From: Candidatus Latescibacterota bacterium
GTDB taxonomy: Bacteria > Latescibacterota > UBA2968 > UBA8231
Length of the DNA: 64,000 nucleotides
Assembly: GCA_965208105.1 (NCBI GenBank)
Contig: OZ242318.1
Span: forward strand, 1,312,001 to 1,376,000
Direction of reading: 5' to 3'
Shown: one piece after another, positions 39,824-50,452 of the stretch
How the letters are laid out: each line of letters opens with the position of its first letter
Numbering within the stretch: the first letter of the stretch is position 1
Notes under the pieces: generated by a model
What the model was told of the DNA's origin: nothing
What the model saw: the letters and a program-made list of their open reading frames with translations, nothing else
Databases searched by the model: none
Translations under genes and position numbers: made by a program

Positions 39824-40928
39824 AAAAGTCGACCTGGACAGAATCGAGGTCCGTCCGCTGCACATGCGCAGGAGCAAGTACGGCATCGACGACATCCTCC
39901 TGGACCCGGACTCATCGCCCCGCGACCCCGGACCCCTGGCCGCCAAGATCAGCCTGGTCGCCGAGCGCATCCGCTCGGCCCGCGGGCGCGGCGCCTCGGT
40001 GGTGCTCGCCTTCGGTGCTCACCTGGTGAAAAACGGCCTCGGGCCCCTGGTCACCCGCATGGCCGAGGCGGGATGGATCACCCACCTGGCCACCAACGGC
40101 GCCGCTGCCATCCACGACTGGGAGTACGCCTACCAGGGGCGCTCGGAGGAGGACGTGCGCGCCAATGTCGCCCGTGGCTGCTTCGGCACCTGGGACGAAA
40201 CCGGCCGCTACATCCACCTCGCCGTTCTCGCCGGGGCGGTCAAGGGCATGGGCTACGGCGAGTCGCTGGGCAAGCTCATCCAGGAGGACGGCTGCATCAT
40301 CCCCGGACGCGGGGAGCTGGCCGCCGCTCTGGAGGCATGGAGCCGTGACCCGACCGACGATCCACTTGCGCCCGCCCGGGCGGAACTGCTGCAGGCCCTG
40401 CTGCGCTTCGACCTGCCCGCCGGCTTTCTCCGGGTCCCGCACCCGCACAAGGACTTTTCGCTCAGCGCCGGCGCCTGCCGCCTGCGCCTGCCACTCACCG
40501 TCCATCCGGGAATCGGCTACGATATCATCGCCAACCATCCCCTGTTCAACGGCGCCGCCCTCGGGCGCGCCGCCGATACCGACTACCGCGTCTTCGTCGA
40601 GAGCGTGGGCCGGATGGATGGCGGCGTCCTTCTCTCGGTGGGCTCGGCGGTGATGTCCCCGCAGATATTCGAAAAGGCGCTTTCCATCGCCAACAACCTG
40701 CGCCGGCAGCGGAACCGCCCCGCGCTGCGGCCATTCATCGCGGTGAACGACCTCGCGCCGGTCGACTGGGACTGGTCCCAGGGAGAACCCTCCCCGGACG
40801 ACCCGGCCTATTACCTGCGGTTCTGCAAGTCCTTCAGCCGCATGGGCGGAGAGATGGTCTACGCCGCCGGCGACAACCGGGTGTTTCTGCACAACCTCCA
40901 TGTCGAACTGGGATCTTCCCGAAGTTGA
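39813..40928 (+). CDS. Hypothetical protein, deoxyhypusine-synthase-like fold
   Basis: FGAHLVKNG, HLATNGAAAIHD, TVHPGIGYDI, VGSAVMSPQIFEK resemble DHS-like NAD-binding proteins; overlaps the HAD gene. Confidence 0.55.
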   Translation: MAYEKVDLDRIEVRPLHMRRSKYGIDDILLDPDSSPRDPGPLAAKISLVAERIRSARGRGASVVLAFGAHLVKNGLGPLVTRMAEAGWITHLATNGAAAIHDWEYAYQGRSEEDVRANVARGCFGTWDETGRYIHLAVLAGAVKGMGYGESLGKLIQEDGCIIPGRGELAAALEAWSRDPTDDPLAPARAELLQALLRFDLPAGFLRVPHPHKDFSLSAGACRLRLPLTVHPGIGYDIIANHPLFNGAALGRAADTDYRVFVESVGRMDGGVLLSVGSAVMSPQIFEKALSIANNLRRQRNRPALRPFIAVNDLAPVDWDWSQGEPSPDDPAYYLRFCKSFSRMGGEMVYAAGDNRVFLHNLHVELGSSRS

Positions 40929-41019
40929 GGGGCTCTATGGCCAGGGCGGGAAGCGCACGGGCTCCTGGACATCCTCGGGAGCGCGGCAGCACGTCCGGCT
41001 CCCATTCCGACCTGGGGCC

Positions 41020-42873
41020 CTACTCCGCGTAGGTCTGCTCGATGAGCTCGGCGCAACTCTCCACGAGCACCCCGGGGACGATCTTCTTGAGCCCTCGAGT
41101 CAAGGTGCCATTCTCCTCACTCAGGGGCTGGGGAAGGAGCGCCACCTTCTGGGGCCGCAGGTAGCCCGGCAGACCGGAAGCGCGCGCCTCGGCGAGAAAC
41201 AGTTGGCGCACCCGCTCGGCCAGCTCCGGATGGCAGCGCAGGGCGTCCTCGTCTGCGGCCGCCAGCCCGGCTGCCTCGGCGTGCTTTCTGGCTTCCTCCA
41301 GATCCACGCTCACCAGGGGCAGGGGAAAGGTACGCGACTGGTCGCCGCAGACCACCACGTGTTCCACCAAGCCGGCGCGCGCGAAGATGCGCTCGAGCAT
41401 CTCCGGATTGACGAACTCCCCGTTCCTCAGCTTGAACTGGCGTCCCACCCGGCCGCGGAAGGTGAGGAAACCGTCGTCTTCCATGCTGAACAAGTCGCCG
41501 GTGCGGTACCACAGCTTCCCGTCCTCCGGGTCCTCCACCAGCACCCTGGCCGTCTGCTCGGGATCGTCCAGGTATCCCTTCATCACGTTGGGACCGCTGA
41601 CCCAGAGCTCCCCAACCTTCTCGCCGCTGCCGCAATAGGAACCGCTGCGGGGGTCGCCGTGTGCCACCTTGGCGCCGCCCTCGTCCACCAGCTTGACCTC
41701 GATGAAGGGCCGCCCCACCGTTCCCGTCCTGCGCCCGCCAAGATGGTTGGAGGAGATCAGAGGAGCGCACTCGGTGACTCCGTAGCCTTCGTAGGTGGTG
41801 ATGTCCAGGACCTCGTGGAAGAAGTCCAGGGCATCGGGGTCGGCCTTGGCGGATCCCACGATGAGCAGTTCCAGGTGACTGCCCACGCGCTGGGCGAGCT
41901 GGCTGCGGACCTTGGCGACGATGCGCTGCCCGAGGGCGGCGTAGAACAGGCGGTCCGACAGGCCGGCCTGCCCCCTGGCCAGGTTCTGCTTGGAGGCCAC
42001 CGAGCGCGCGATCAGCTTGCCCTTGAGGCCCCCGGCATCGATCTCCTTGCGCACGTTGCCGAAGACCTTGTCGAGGACGAGGGGCACGGTCAAAAAGCCC
42101 TCGGGTTCCGAGAGCCGGATATCGGTCAGCACCCGGTCGGGAGAGCGCGCCATGTCCAGAACCCAGCCTTTGGCCAGGGGATAGTATATGTTGAGGATGC
42201 CCATGGAGTGGTAGTCAGGGGCCGACTTGAAAAACCTCAGGGGCTCGCGCTCGCTGATGAGGTCCCACACTTCCTCGACGTTGGCCACGATGTTGGCGTG
42301 GGTCTGCACCACCCCCTTGGGCAGGCCGGAGGACCCGGAGGTATAGAGAATCTTGGACTCGTCCTCCGCCGCGACCTCGACCTCGGGAGGGCCATCCCCC
42401 ATCTCCACGAGCTCAGCCCACGCCAGAGCTCCTTCCCGGCTGCCCTCGGTGAGCACCAGCCTCGGGGCGCGCTGCAAGCGGGCTTCGACGCGGTCGAACT
42501 GCTCGCAGCCCACCTTGTCGACCACCAGGCAGGCCAGTCTCGAGTGGTCGATACTGTGGACCAGGATCTCCTCGGGCGACTTGGTGCACAGAGGAACGGA
42601 GGACATGCCGCAGAGGTCGGCGGCGAGGAAAACCAGGAGCGGTTCGAAGCCCCCGTCGGTGAGAATGCCCACCCGCTGGCCCTTGCCCAGGCCGATCGCG
42701 GCGAATCCCGCCGCCAGCCGGTCGCGCAACTCCCTGAGTTCTCCATAGGTCATGGACTGGTAGCTCAGCTCGCCCTCCCCGCCGGCCACCGGCTGCAGGG
42801 TGCGAACCGCCGCTTTGTCCCCGTTGCGCTCGAAACTCCGCTCCATCAGGTCGTTGAGGGTCTTTGCGTTCAT
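41020..42873 (-). CDS. Long-chain fatty acid--CoA ligase (AMP-binding family)
   Basis: YTSGSSGLPKG, EGYGVTE, GPNVMKGY, WYRTGD, NGTLTRGLK. Confidence 0.9.
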   Translation of the reverse strand: MNAKTLNDLMERSFERNGDKAAVRTLQPVAGGEGELSYQSMTYGELRELRDRLAAGFAAIGLGKGQRVGILTDGGFEPLLVFLAADLCGMSSVPLCTKSPEEILVHSIDHSRLACLVVDKVGCEQFDRVEARLQRAPRLVLTEGSREGALAWAELVEMGDGPPEVEVAAEDESKILYTSGSSGLPKGVVQTHANIVANVEEVWDLISEREPLRFFKSAPDYHSMGILNIYYPLAKGWVLDMARSPDRVLTDIRLSEPEGFLTVPLVLDKVFGNVRKEIDAGGLKGKLIARSVASKQNLARGQAGLSDRLFYAALGQRIVAKVRSQLAQRVGSHLELLIVGSAKADPDALDFFHEVLDITTYEGYGVTECAPLISSNHLGGRRTGTVGRPFIEVKLVDEGGAKVAHGDPRSGSYCGSGEKVGELWVSGPNVMKGYLDDPEQTARVLVEDPEDGKLWYRTGDLFSMEDDGFLTFRGRVGRQFKLRNGEFVNPEMLERIFARAGLVEHVVVCGDQSRTFPLPLVSVDLEEARKHAEAAGLAAADEDALRCHPELAERVRQLFLAEARASGLPGYLRPQKVALLPQPLSEENGTLTRGLKKIVPGVLVESCAELIEQTYAE

Positions 42874-43077
42874 TTTCACCTGCCATCCGCGAGGAAATTT
42901 TGGTTGACAAAACCGCCGGTTCAAGTCAATATAATATCAATAAGCCCTTTGAAAAACCTTTTTGAATTTCCTTGACCTGCTTCGTCCTGCCCTGGATGTA
43001 GCAGGTTTCCCCAGCCTTCCCCGACTCTCCATTCCCCCCGCCCGCCCTCCGTCACGCCCTATCGGGAGTACGTCCCT

Positions 43078-44754
43078 ATGTATGCACCTTCCACCCCCGC
43101 GGTCGTTCATTCATGCGGCAGCACGCGGACACTCCCGGCCCTGGTCCTGGGCCTGTTCGCGGCCTTCGCCTCGGCCTCCCCTTCCTTCGCGCAGGTCCTC
43201 GGCTACAGCGGCGGCATGGGCACGGTTACCGTCGAAGGGCGCCAGTACTTCCGCTTGAACTTCCGCCCGGACATCCCGATGGGGAACTGGGGTCTCGCCC
43301 TGGACATCGAGCTCTTCACCGACGAGGACGGCAATTTCAGCGATCGAGGCTGGCGCTTCGGCTCGGCCACCGAAACCTTCGACACCTTCCTGCGCAAGCT
43401 CTACTACGTGCGCTACGCCCAGCCCCGGGAGGACACCTATTTCAAGGTCGGAGCCCTTGACGAGGTGACTCTCGGATATGGCCTGATCATGAGGGACTAC
43501 CGCAACACTCTGGAATACCCGGGCATCAAGAAGACCGGATTGCAGTTCCACTTCAGGAACCGCGGCACCATGGCCCTGGGAGTCGAAGGGGTGATCAACA
43601 ACATCCAGGACTTTCAGGAGGGCGGCCCCGTGCTGGGATTGAGGCTCTCGGCCAGACCCGCGGGCAATCTCGAGGTGGGTCTGATCTACGTCCTCGACGT
43701 GGACCAGTACAGCGGCCTGCTGGACGGCGACAACGACGGCTTCCCCGACGCGGTAGACGCCTTTCCCTCCGACAAGAACCGCCTGCTCGACAACGACGGC
43801 GACGGCGCCGTCGACCGCGCCGACGTGGACGACGACAACGACGGCATCATCGACATCGACCCGGGCAGCGGCCTTCCCGCCGACATAATCCACACTCTGC
43901 GCGGCATCAACTCGCGCCATGGCGACGAGGTCTTTCCCCTGGACGATGATGTGAGCCGCAAAAACCCGTTCAACAAGGACGCGGTAGGCGGGGACCGCTT
44001 CGGCATCGTGGGACTGGACCTGGCTCACCCGATCATCTATGCGGAGAGCCTCGACCTCAGGCTCTACACCCAACTGGCCTTCCTCCACGACGACGACGAC
44101 GAACTGAGCCCCAACGAAGCGGAGACCCGCGGAGTCGCCCCCGGGAACCGCAAGGCCGAAGGAATGGGGATCGCCATCCCCGGCCTCTATTTGGCGACAG
44201 GTCCCCTGGTGAGCCAGCTCGAGTTCCGCCACTTCCGCGGCGACTTCGATTCGGCCCACTTCGACAATCTCTACGACTTGGACCGCGCCCGCCTGGACCT
44301 GGCCACGGGCAGAGCCACCACCAAGGACTCGCGGCTGCGCCGCGACGCCAGCGCCTCGGGGGTCTACGGGCGCCTGGGCACGGACCTGGGAAGCGTGGTC
44401 AAGGCCGTGGGCGACTACCAGTACATCACCGGGGGCGGCGATCCCAAGCAGCAGTTGCACGCCCAGGCCAGTCTGTCGCCCCAGCTCCTGCGCAATGTCC
44501 CGCGTCTCGCCCAGGCCCAGGCCTTCTACCAGAAGAACAACATCGGCACGCGGCTCAACAAAAACGGCGACCCGGATTCCAGGGACGACTTCTTCGAATC
44601 CACGGAAGACACCTTCTACGGCTACGCCATGGTCCTGGAGATGGCCGGAGGTGTATCGGTCTTCTGGGATACCCGCTTCGTGTTCGAACGCGACGCCGAT
44701 GGCCGCCTGGAACGGGAGAAGATCATGACCATCGAAATCGTGTTCAACTTCTGA
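43078..44754 (+). CDS. Putative outer-membrane beta-barrel with inserted thrombospondin type-3-like Ca-binding repeats
   Basis: Signal peptide, amphipathic strands, DGDNDGFPDAVDAFP/DNDGDG/DDDNDG, terminal VFNF. Confidence 0.7.
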   Translation: MYAPSTPAVVHSCGSTRTLPALVLGLFAAFASASPSFAQVLGYSGGMGTVTVEGRQYFRLNFRPDIPMGNWGLALDIELFTDEDGNFSDRGWRFGSATETFDTFLRKLYYVRYAQPREDTYFKVGALDEVTLGYGLIMRDYRNTLEYPGIKKTGLQFHFRNRGTMALGVEGVINNIQDFQEGGPVLGLRLSARPAGNLEVGLIYVLDVDQYSGLLDGDNDGFPDAVDAFPSDKNRLLDNDGDGAVDRADVDDDNDGIIDIDPGSGLPADIIHTLRGINSRHGDEVFPLDDDVSRKNPFNKDAVGGDRFGIVGLDLAHPIIYAESLDLRLYTQLAFLHDDDDELSPNEAETRGVAPGNRKAEGMGIAIPGLYLATGPLVSQLEFRHFRGDFDSAHFDNLYDLDRARLDLATGRATTKDSRLRRDASASGVYGRLGTDLGSVVKAVGDYQYITGGGDPKQQLHAQASLSPQLLRNVPRLAQAQAFYQKNNIGTRLNKNGDPDSRDDFFESTEDTFYGYAMVLEMAGGVSVFWDTRFVFERDADGRLEREKIMTIEIVFNF

Positions 44755-44874
44755 GGCCGGTCGTCAGGTTGCCGCAAAAGGGCTTTTTTATCGCAAATCG
44801 GCCCTTCTTCCCTTTTCCATTTTACATTCCATAGCTATTTTTTCTTATAAAATCGCCTTTTTCACTATAGAGGC

Positions 44875-44903
44875 TTGCGATCATTCGCCTTTTTTTGTAT
44901 AAT
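44875..44903 (+). promoter_or_regulatory. sigma70 promoter for ilvBN
   Basis: TTGCGA-17-TATAAT in an AT-rich intergenic region; AGGAGG RBS downstream. Confidence 0.6.
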
Positions 44904-44959
44904 CACTGTCTGTGGTATACATAATATTTTAAATTTTTGCATTTTAGGAGGAACTTACC

Positions 44960-46660
44960 ATGAGAGGTGCCGACGCTGTTATCAAAGCCGTGGAGCGCCA
45001 GGGTGTTGAATACATCTTCGGCCATCCCGGTGGCGCCGCCATGCCCATCTTCGACGCTCTGCTGAATTCGCCCCAGCTCAAGCTCATCCTTACCCGCCAC
45101 GAGCAGGGCGCCACCCACATGGCCGACGGCTACGCCCGCGCCTGCGGCAAACCCGGCGTCGTCCTGGTCACCTCGGGACCCGGGGCCACCAACACCATTA
45201 CCGGGCTGCTGACCGCCCACATGGACTCCGTTCCCGTGGTCGTCCTCACAGGCCAGACCATTACCCCCATGCTGGGCAAGGACGCCTTTCAGGAGGCAGA
45301 TGTTTTCGGCATTTCCATGCCCGTGGTCAAGCACTCCTACCTGGTGAGGAGGGCCGACGACATTCCCCGGGTCATGATGGAGGCCTTCCACATCGCCACC
45401 ACCGGGCGCCAGGGGCCGGTGGTCGTCGACCTGCCAAAGGACGTGGCCACGGCGGAGTGCGGGGCGGACTTTCCGTCCAAGGTCCACCTCCCCGGCTACC
45501 ACTGGCAGACCAAGCCCAGCGAGGAAATCCTCCGGGAGGCGGGGGAGCTGCTCAAGGCAAGCAGGCGCCCCCTTCTCTACCTGGGCGGCGGCTGCATCGC
45601 TTCCGGGGCCCACGAGGTCGCCCTGGCCTTTGCCGAGAAGACCCGCATGCCGGTCACCAATACCCTGCTGGGCAAGGGCAGCTTTCCGGAGCAGCACGAG
45701 CTCTCGGTGGGCATGCTGGGCATGCACGGCACCGCCTACGCCAACAAGGCGGTCATCGGCTGCGACCTGATCATGTCGGTGGGAGGGCGCTGGGACGACC
45801 GCATCACCGGCAAGCTCTCCGAGTTCTGCCCGGACGCCAAAAAGATCCACGTGGACATCGATCCGGCCGAATACGGCAAGGTGGTCATGCCCGACGTCTT
45901 TCTGGAGGGCGACGCGCGCCAGGTCCTCGAAGAGCTGATCCACTACGTCGAGCCGCTGGACTCCGAAGCCTGGCTGGCCCAGATAGACTCGTGGAAGGAG
46001 AAGTACCCGCTGAAGTACGGGCGCAGGGGCGGCCTCAAGATGCAGGCGGTCTTCGACCGCCTCTACCACCTCACCGGAGGCAGGGCGGTGGTCAGCACGG
46101 ACGTGGGCCAGCACCAGATGTGGGCCGCCCAGTTCTACAAGACCCGCTACCACCGCCAGTGGCTCTCCTCTGGAGGCGCTGGCTCCATGGGATTCGGCTT
46201 TCCCGCCGCCATCGGCGCGCAGCTGGCGCGTCCGGAGGATCCGGTGGTGGCAATCGTCGGCGACGGCGGCTTCCAGATGACCCTGTGCGAGCTCGCCACC
46301 GCCGCTGTGAACAAAATCCCCGTCAAGGTCCTGGTCATGGACAACCAGTACCTGGGCATGGTGCGCCAGTGGCAGAACCTGTTCTTCGACAACCGCCTCT
46401 CGGGAGTGGACCTGGAAGGCAATCCCGACTTCGTCAAGCTTGCCTCCGCCTACGGCATCGAGGGCGTGCATCTGCGCCGCACCGCCGACATCGACAAGGT
46501 GCTCACCCAGATGCTGCAGACCGACGGCCCCTGCGTGGTCCACGCCCATTGCGAGAAGGAGGACAACGTCTTTCCCATGATTCCCGCCGGGGCCGCTGTC
46601 CACGAGATGCTCGTGGAGCCGCCCAGGACCAGGCTTGCCCAACCCACCGGGAGCACGTGA
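44960..46660 (+). CDS. ilvB: Acetolactate synthase large subunit
   Basis: [44 protein letters not shown]. Confidence 0.96.
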   Translation: MRGADAVIKAVERQGVEYIFGHPGGAAMPIFDALLNSPQLKLILTRHEQGATHMADGYARACGKPGVVLVTSGPGATNTITGLLTAHMDSVPVVVLTGQTITPMLGKDAFQEADVFGISMPVVKHSYLVRRADDIPRVMMEAFHIATTGRQGPVVVDLPKDVATAECGADFPSKVHLPGYHWQTKPSEEILREAGELLKASRRPLLYLGGGCIASGAHEVALAFAEKTRMPVTNTLLGKGSFPEQHELSVGMLGMHGTAYANKAVIGCDLIMSVGGRWDDRITGKLSEFCPDAKKIHVDIDPAEYGKVVMPDVFLEGDARQVLEELIHYVEPLDSEAWLAQIDSWKEKYPLKYGRRGGLKMQAVFDRLYHLTGGRAVVSTDVGQHQMWAAQFYKTRYHRQWLSSGGAGSMGFGFPAAIGAQLARPEDPVVAIVGDGGFQMTLCELATAAVNKIPVKVLVMDNQYLGMVRQWQNLFFDNRLSGVDLEGNPDFVKLASAYGIEGVHLRRTADIDKVLTQMLQTDGPCVVHAHCEKEDNVFPMIPAGAAVHEMLVEPPRTRLAQPTGST

Positions 46661-47214
46661 TGAACCACAACCACGACCCCATAGCCGCCGAACCCGACCT
46701 CGTCCTCGCGGCTCCCCCCAAGAGAGCCAAGAAGACCACCATCGGCCTGCTGGTCAACGACCGGCCCGGCGTGCTGATGCGCATCAGCCAGGTCTTCAGC
46801 CGCCGAGGCTACAACATCGAGTCCCTGGTGGTGTCTACCGCGCACATCCCCAACAGCTCGCGCATGACCATTACCTGCACCGGCCCCGAAGACGTGCTGC
46901 ACCAGATTATCCTGCAACTGGACAAACTCGTGGACGTCATCCACGCCAGGGACCACAGCGAAGACCAGGCCGTCACCCGCGAGCTGGCCCTCTTCAAGGT
47001 CGGCTGCAGCGTGGAGCAGCGCACCGAGGTCCTGCAGATCACCGAGGTCTTCCGCGGCAAGACCATCGATATCTCCGACAAGACCATCACCATAGAAGCC
47101 ACCGGCACCACCGAGAAGATGGACGCCCTCGAACGCCTGCTGGGCAAATTCGACCTGCGCGAGATGGTCCGCACCGGCAAGGTGGTCATGGCCCGGGGCA
47201 GCGAGACCACGTAG
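46660..47214 (+). CDS. ilvN: Acetolactate synthase small (regulatory) subunit
   Basis: LVNDRPGVLMRISQVFSRRGYNIESL, RELALFKV, EMVRTG; TGATG overlap with ilvB. Confidence 0.95.
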   Translation: MNHNHDPIAAEPDLVLAAPPKRAKKTTIGLLVNDRPGVLMRISQVFSRRGYNIESLVVSTAHIPNSSRMTITCTGPEDVLHQIILQLDKLVDVIHARDHSEDQAVTRELALFKVGCSVEQRTEVLQITEVFRGKTIDISDKTITIEATGTTEKMDALERLLGKFDLREMVRTGKVVMARGSETT

Positions 47215-47342
47215 TTCCGCGGGGCAGTCAGCTCTCGGCCGCTCCGGGTTTGGCGTCAGAGCGGCGCGGGACCCCGCGCGCGCAAGGGCAGGGACCGGAC
47301 CATTCAGCTTTATCGGAAAGAGTACCGGGAAGGAAATCGACC

Positions 47343-48245
47343 ATGACCCCCGAGCAAGTCATGCAGAATCCACCCAGGGTTCTCACCCGGGAGCAGCGGC
47401 AGTCCTATTTCGACAAGGGATTTCTCCTGGTGGAAGGCCTGATCGACCGGGAGTGGGTCGAGCGCCTTCTGGCCGCCACCGAGGAAATGGTCGAGCGCAG
47501 CCGGGAAATGGCCATCTCGGACGCGGTCTTCGACCTGGAGCCGGACCACACCGCCGCGGCGCCGCGGCTGCGGCGCCTGACCAGCCCGGTGGACCAGCAT
47601 CCGGTCTACTGGGAATTCGCCTCCCGGTCGCCCCTGGCCGACGTGGCGGCCGACCTCGTCGGACCCCACGTCAAGTACCACCACTCCAAGCTGAACTTCA
47701 AGTGGTCCGAAGGCGGGGAGGAGGTCAAGTGGCACCAGGACATCACCTATTGGCCCCACACCAACTACAGCCCTTTGACCATCGGCACCTACCTCCACGA
47801 CGTGGACGGCGACCAGGGACCCCTGGCCGGGGTGGCCGGCAGCCACCAGGGTCCTCTGTTCGACCAGTACGACACCGCCGGCCAGTGGGTCGGCTGCATC
47901 TCCGAGAAGGACCTGCCCGGCGTCGACCTGGACCGGGTGGAGTACCTTACGGGTCCGGCCGGTTCCATCACCGTCCACAACTGCCGCACGGTGCACGGGT
48001 CCAGCAAGAACCTGTCGCCCAAGGGGCGTCCCCTCCTGCTCAACATCTACTCGGCTGCAGATGCCTTCCCCTACACCGCCAATCCTCTGAACAGTCCGCA
48101 GTATTCGGGGACCATTGTGCGCGGCCGGGCGGCGCGCTGGGCCCGCCACGACCCGCGGCCCTGCCTCATACCGCCGGATTGGTCAGGGGGCTACACCTCC
48201 CTCTACGCCCTGCAGCAGCAGGAGGATTGGGAGGCAAACAAATGA
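47343..48245 (+). CDS. Phytanoyl-CoA dioxygenase (PhyH) family Fe/2OG dioxygenase
   Basis: KLNFK, WHQD, HNCRTVHGS..N, R. Confidence 0.88.
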   Translation: MTPEQVMQNPPRVLTREQRQSYFDKGFLLVEGLIDREWVERLLAATEEMVERSREMAISDAVFDLEPDHTAAAPRLRRLTSPVDQHPVYWEFASRSPLADVAADLVGPHVKYHHSKLNFKWSEGGEEVKWHQDITYWPHTNYSPLTIGTYLHDVDGDQGPLAGVAGSHQGPLFDQYDTAGQWVGCISEKDLPGVDLDRVEYLTGPAGSITVHNCRTVHGSSKNLSPKGRPLLLNIYSAADAFPYTANPLNSPQYSGTIVRGRAARWARHDPRPCLIPPDWSGGYTSLYALQQQEDWEANK

Positions 48246-48355
48246 TCAGTGCCGGAAAACAGCCAGGCCTTCCAAGAGCAAAGAGAGATTGAAACAGGTT
48301 GTTGGAGGAGCCTGAATCGGGGAACGATTCAGGCTGCACGGGTTTCGCCTGGGCC

Positions 48356-49417
48356 TTAAATCCGGATCCAGTCCGCCAGCTTCTCGTGCTGGAAAATCAT
48401 CGTCTCCTGGATGGGAATCCCGCTTCCAGCCCCCGCCTCCTTGGCGCGCCGGTACATGGCGTGGGCGATGGCCACGTCGACGTAGGCCAGGCCCACGGCG
48501 TTGAAATACACCCGTTCCTGGGCGCTCTCCCTCCCCTTCTTCTCCCCGGCGACCACCTCCACCAGGTTGGCGTATATGTCGTCGTCGGCCAGGACCCCGT
48601 CCTTGTACATGCGGCTCAGGGTCTGGGTCCTGTGCTTGACCGTCTCCCAGTCGTCGCAGACGATCTTGTCACATTGCCGCGCCACCTCGTACTCGTCCTC
48701 CCAGCCGCCGATATGGCTGTAGAAGGCCCCCGGCTTCATCCAGGCCGCTTTGAGCAGGGGGGCCTGGGCGCTGGTGGCCGTGACCAGGATATCGGCGCCC
48801 TCCATGGCCCGCTGCCCATTGGTGGCGGCGGCGACAAAGCGGATGTCCTCGAAGAGGGCGGCCATCTCCTCGACGAACTGGTCCTCCTCCTCGGGGAACT
48901 TGGCGGCAACCCGGCACTCCTCCAGGGACGGGAATACGGTCTTGAGGGCGATAAGGTGCATCTTGGCCTGCTCCCCCGCCCCGATGAAGGCGATGCTGGT
49001 GGACCCGGGCCTGGCGAAATTCCTGGCGGCGATGGCCCCCATGGCCCCCACGCGCATGTTGGAACAAAGGGTCCCGTCCATGAAGGCCACCGGGAATCCC
49101 CTCTCGATCTCGGACAGGATGATGACCGCCGACAGGTTCTGCACCCCGAAGCGGCGAGGATTTTCCGGGAACACCGAAACCCATTTGACCCCGCAGATCT
49201 TCTCCGGCAGCAGCGTCGCCGGCAGGCAGTTGATGCGTTCCTGGGTATCCTGGTTGAAGATCTGCACGACCTTCTCGGGGAACATGATCTCGTCGCGTCG
49301 GAACGCGAGCATTGCGTCCTCCGCTGCGCTCATGGCCAACCCCATGTCCAGGCACCCGGCCCGGAGAAGGTCTTCCTGTGACAGAAACCTGCACTCGATG
49401 CGGTTCTCCCCGCTCAT
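48356..49417 (-). CDS. Ornithine cyclodeaminase/mu-crystallin family protein
   Basis: GVKWVS, MDGT..SNMRVGA, IGAGEQA, VTAT, VGLAYVD. Confidence 0.88.
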   Translation of the reverse strand: MSGENRIECRFLSQEDLLRAGCLDMGLAMSAAEDAMLAFRRDEIMFPEKVVQIFNQDTQERINCLPATLLPEKICGVKWVSVFPENPRRFGVQNLSAVIILSEIERGFPVAFMDGTLCSNMRVGAMGAIAARNFARPGSTSIAFIGAGEQAKMHLIALKTVFPSLEECRVAAKFPEEEDQFVEEMAALFEDIRFVAAATNGQRAMEGADILVTATSAQAPLLKAAWMKPGAFYSHIGGWEDEYEVARQCDKIVCDDWETVKHRTQTLSRMYKDGVLADDDIYANLVEVVAGEKKGRESAQERVYFNAVGLAYVDVAIAHAMYRRAKEAGAGSGIPIQETMIFQHEKLADWIRI

Positions 49418-49557
49418 GGCTTTGCCTTTCTCGATTCGGGTGAGGGAGCCGGGAAAAGAGTCCCGGCCTGGAAAATTATCCAACGGGCACACATCGATCA
49501 AATCCGCACAACCCCCCGCCGGCTTCCGCATCCGTCGCCGGGCAGCGGCCTTACGCC

Positions 49558-49586
49558 TTGACAGCCGCCGGACAGGGTTCCATATT
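49558..49586 (+). promoter_or_regulatory. sigma70 promoter
   Basis: TTGACA-17-CATATT. Confidence 0.5.
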
Positions 49587-49647
49587 CCGTCCGGGTCCCA
49601 TGGCAACCGGGATCCGGACCGAAGCCTTCCGAACGCACTCATCCCCC

Positions 49648-50391
49648 ATGACTACCCGACGCTGGCACAAGGCCCAGAGCTCTGAGCGCGCCTGGTGGCA
49701 TTCCCGCGCCGCCGCCATGGACCTGGATTTCTACGCCGTCTTCGCCCGTGCCATGCGCCGCGAGCTGGACGGCATCCTCACCCCGGGTAAAGACACCCGC
49801 GTCCTCGAAATAGGCAGCGGCGCCGCCGGCATCCTCACCCATCTCGGCGAATGCAGCGAGCGCCACGGGGTGGATCCCCTGGAGGAATTCTACGCCTCCG
49901 AGGAACGCTTCAGGGCCTACCGCGACCCCGGCGTGCACTACCACGCGGGCACGGGAGAAGATCTCGGCTTCCCCGCCGACCACTTCCACCTGATCATCAT
50001 GGACAACGTCCTCGACCACTGCGCCGATCCGGACAAGGTACTGGACGAGATCCAGCGAGTGCTACAGCCCGGGGGGACGGTCTACCTGCGCCAGAACACC
50101 TATCACCTCTGGGGCCGCCTGGTGCGCGGGCTGATGGAGTGCTTTCAGATTGACCGTGGACATCCCCACACCTTCTCCAAGGGATATCTGCGGCGGCGCT
50201 ACGAGCAATTGGGACTGGAGGTGCGGTGCTGCCATCGCGGCGGCTACTGGGCCACCTGGAGGGCGGAGATCCGCTCTCCCCGCTCCCTGGACCGGGCCAA
50301 GGCCCTGCTACTGGCCACCCGCGACCGCACGCTCTACATCCTGCAGAAACCGACGCGGTCCGCAGCCGCCGATTCCCGGTCACCTTCCTGA
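49648..50391 (+). CDS. Class I SAM-dependent methyltransferase
   Basis: VLEIGSGAAG, GVDP, NVLDH, RVLQPGG. Confidence 0.88.
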   Translation: MTTRRWHKAQSSERAWWHSRAAAMDLDFYAVFARAMRRELDGILTPGKDTRVLEIGSGAAGILTHLGECSERHGVDPLEEFYASEERFRAYRDPGVHYHAGTGEDLGFPADHFHLIIMDNVLDHCADPDKVLDEIQRVLQPGGTVYLRQNTYHLWGRLVRGLMECFQIDRGHPHTFSKGYLRRRYEQLGLEVRCCHRGGYWATWRAEIRSPRSLDRAKALLLATRDRTLYILQKPTRSAAADSRSPS

Positions 50392-50452
50392 TTTCCGGGT
50401 ATTGGAAAGGGGTAACGGGCATGGCCGCCGATTGCGCCCCTGCCCGCCTTCC

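Noticed and set aside
42904-42935. TTGACA...TATAAT perfect promoter words
   Set aside because: The spacing is 20 bp, so it is not called as a standard sigma70 promoter, although the region is probably regulatory
44755-44959. Leader-peptide attenuator for ilvBN
   Set aside because: No Ile/Leu/Val-rich short ORF or terminator between the promoter and the RBS
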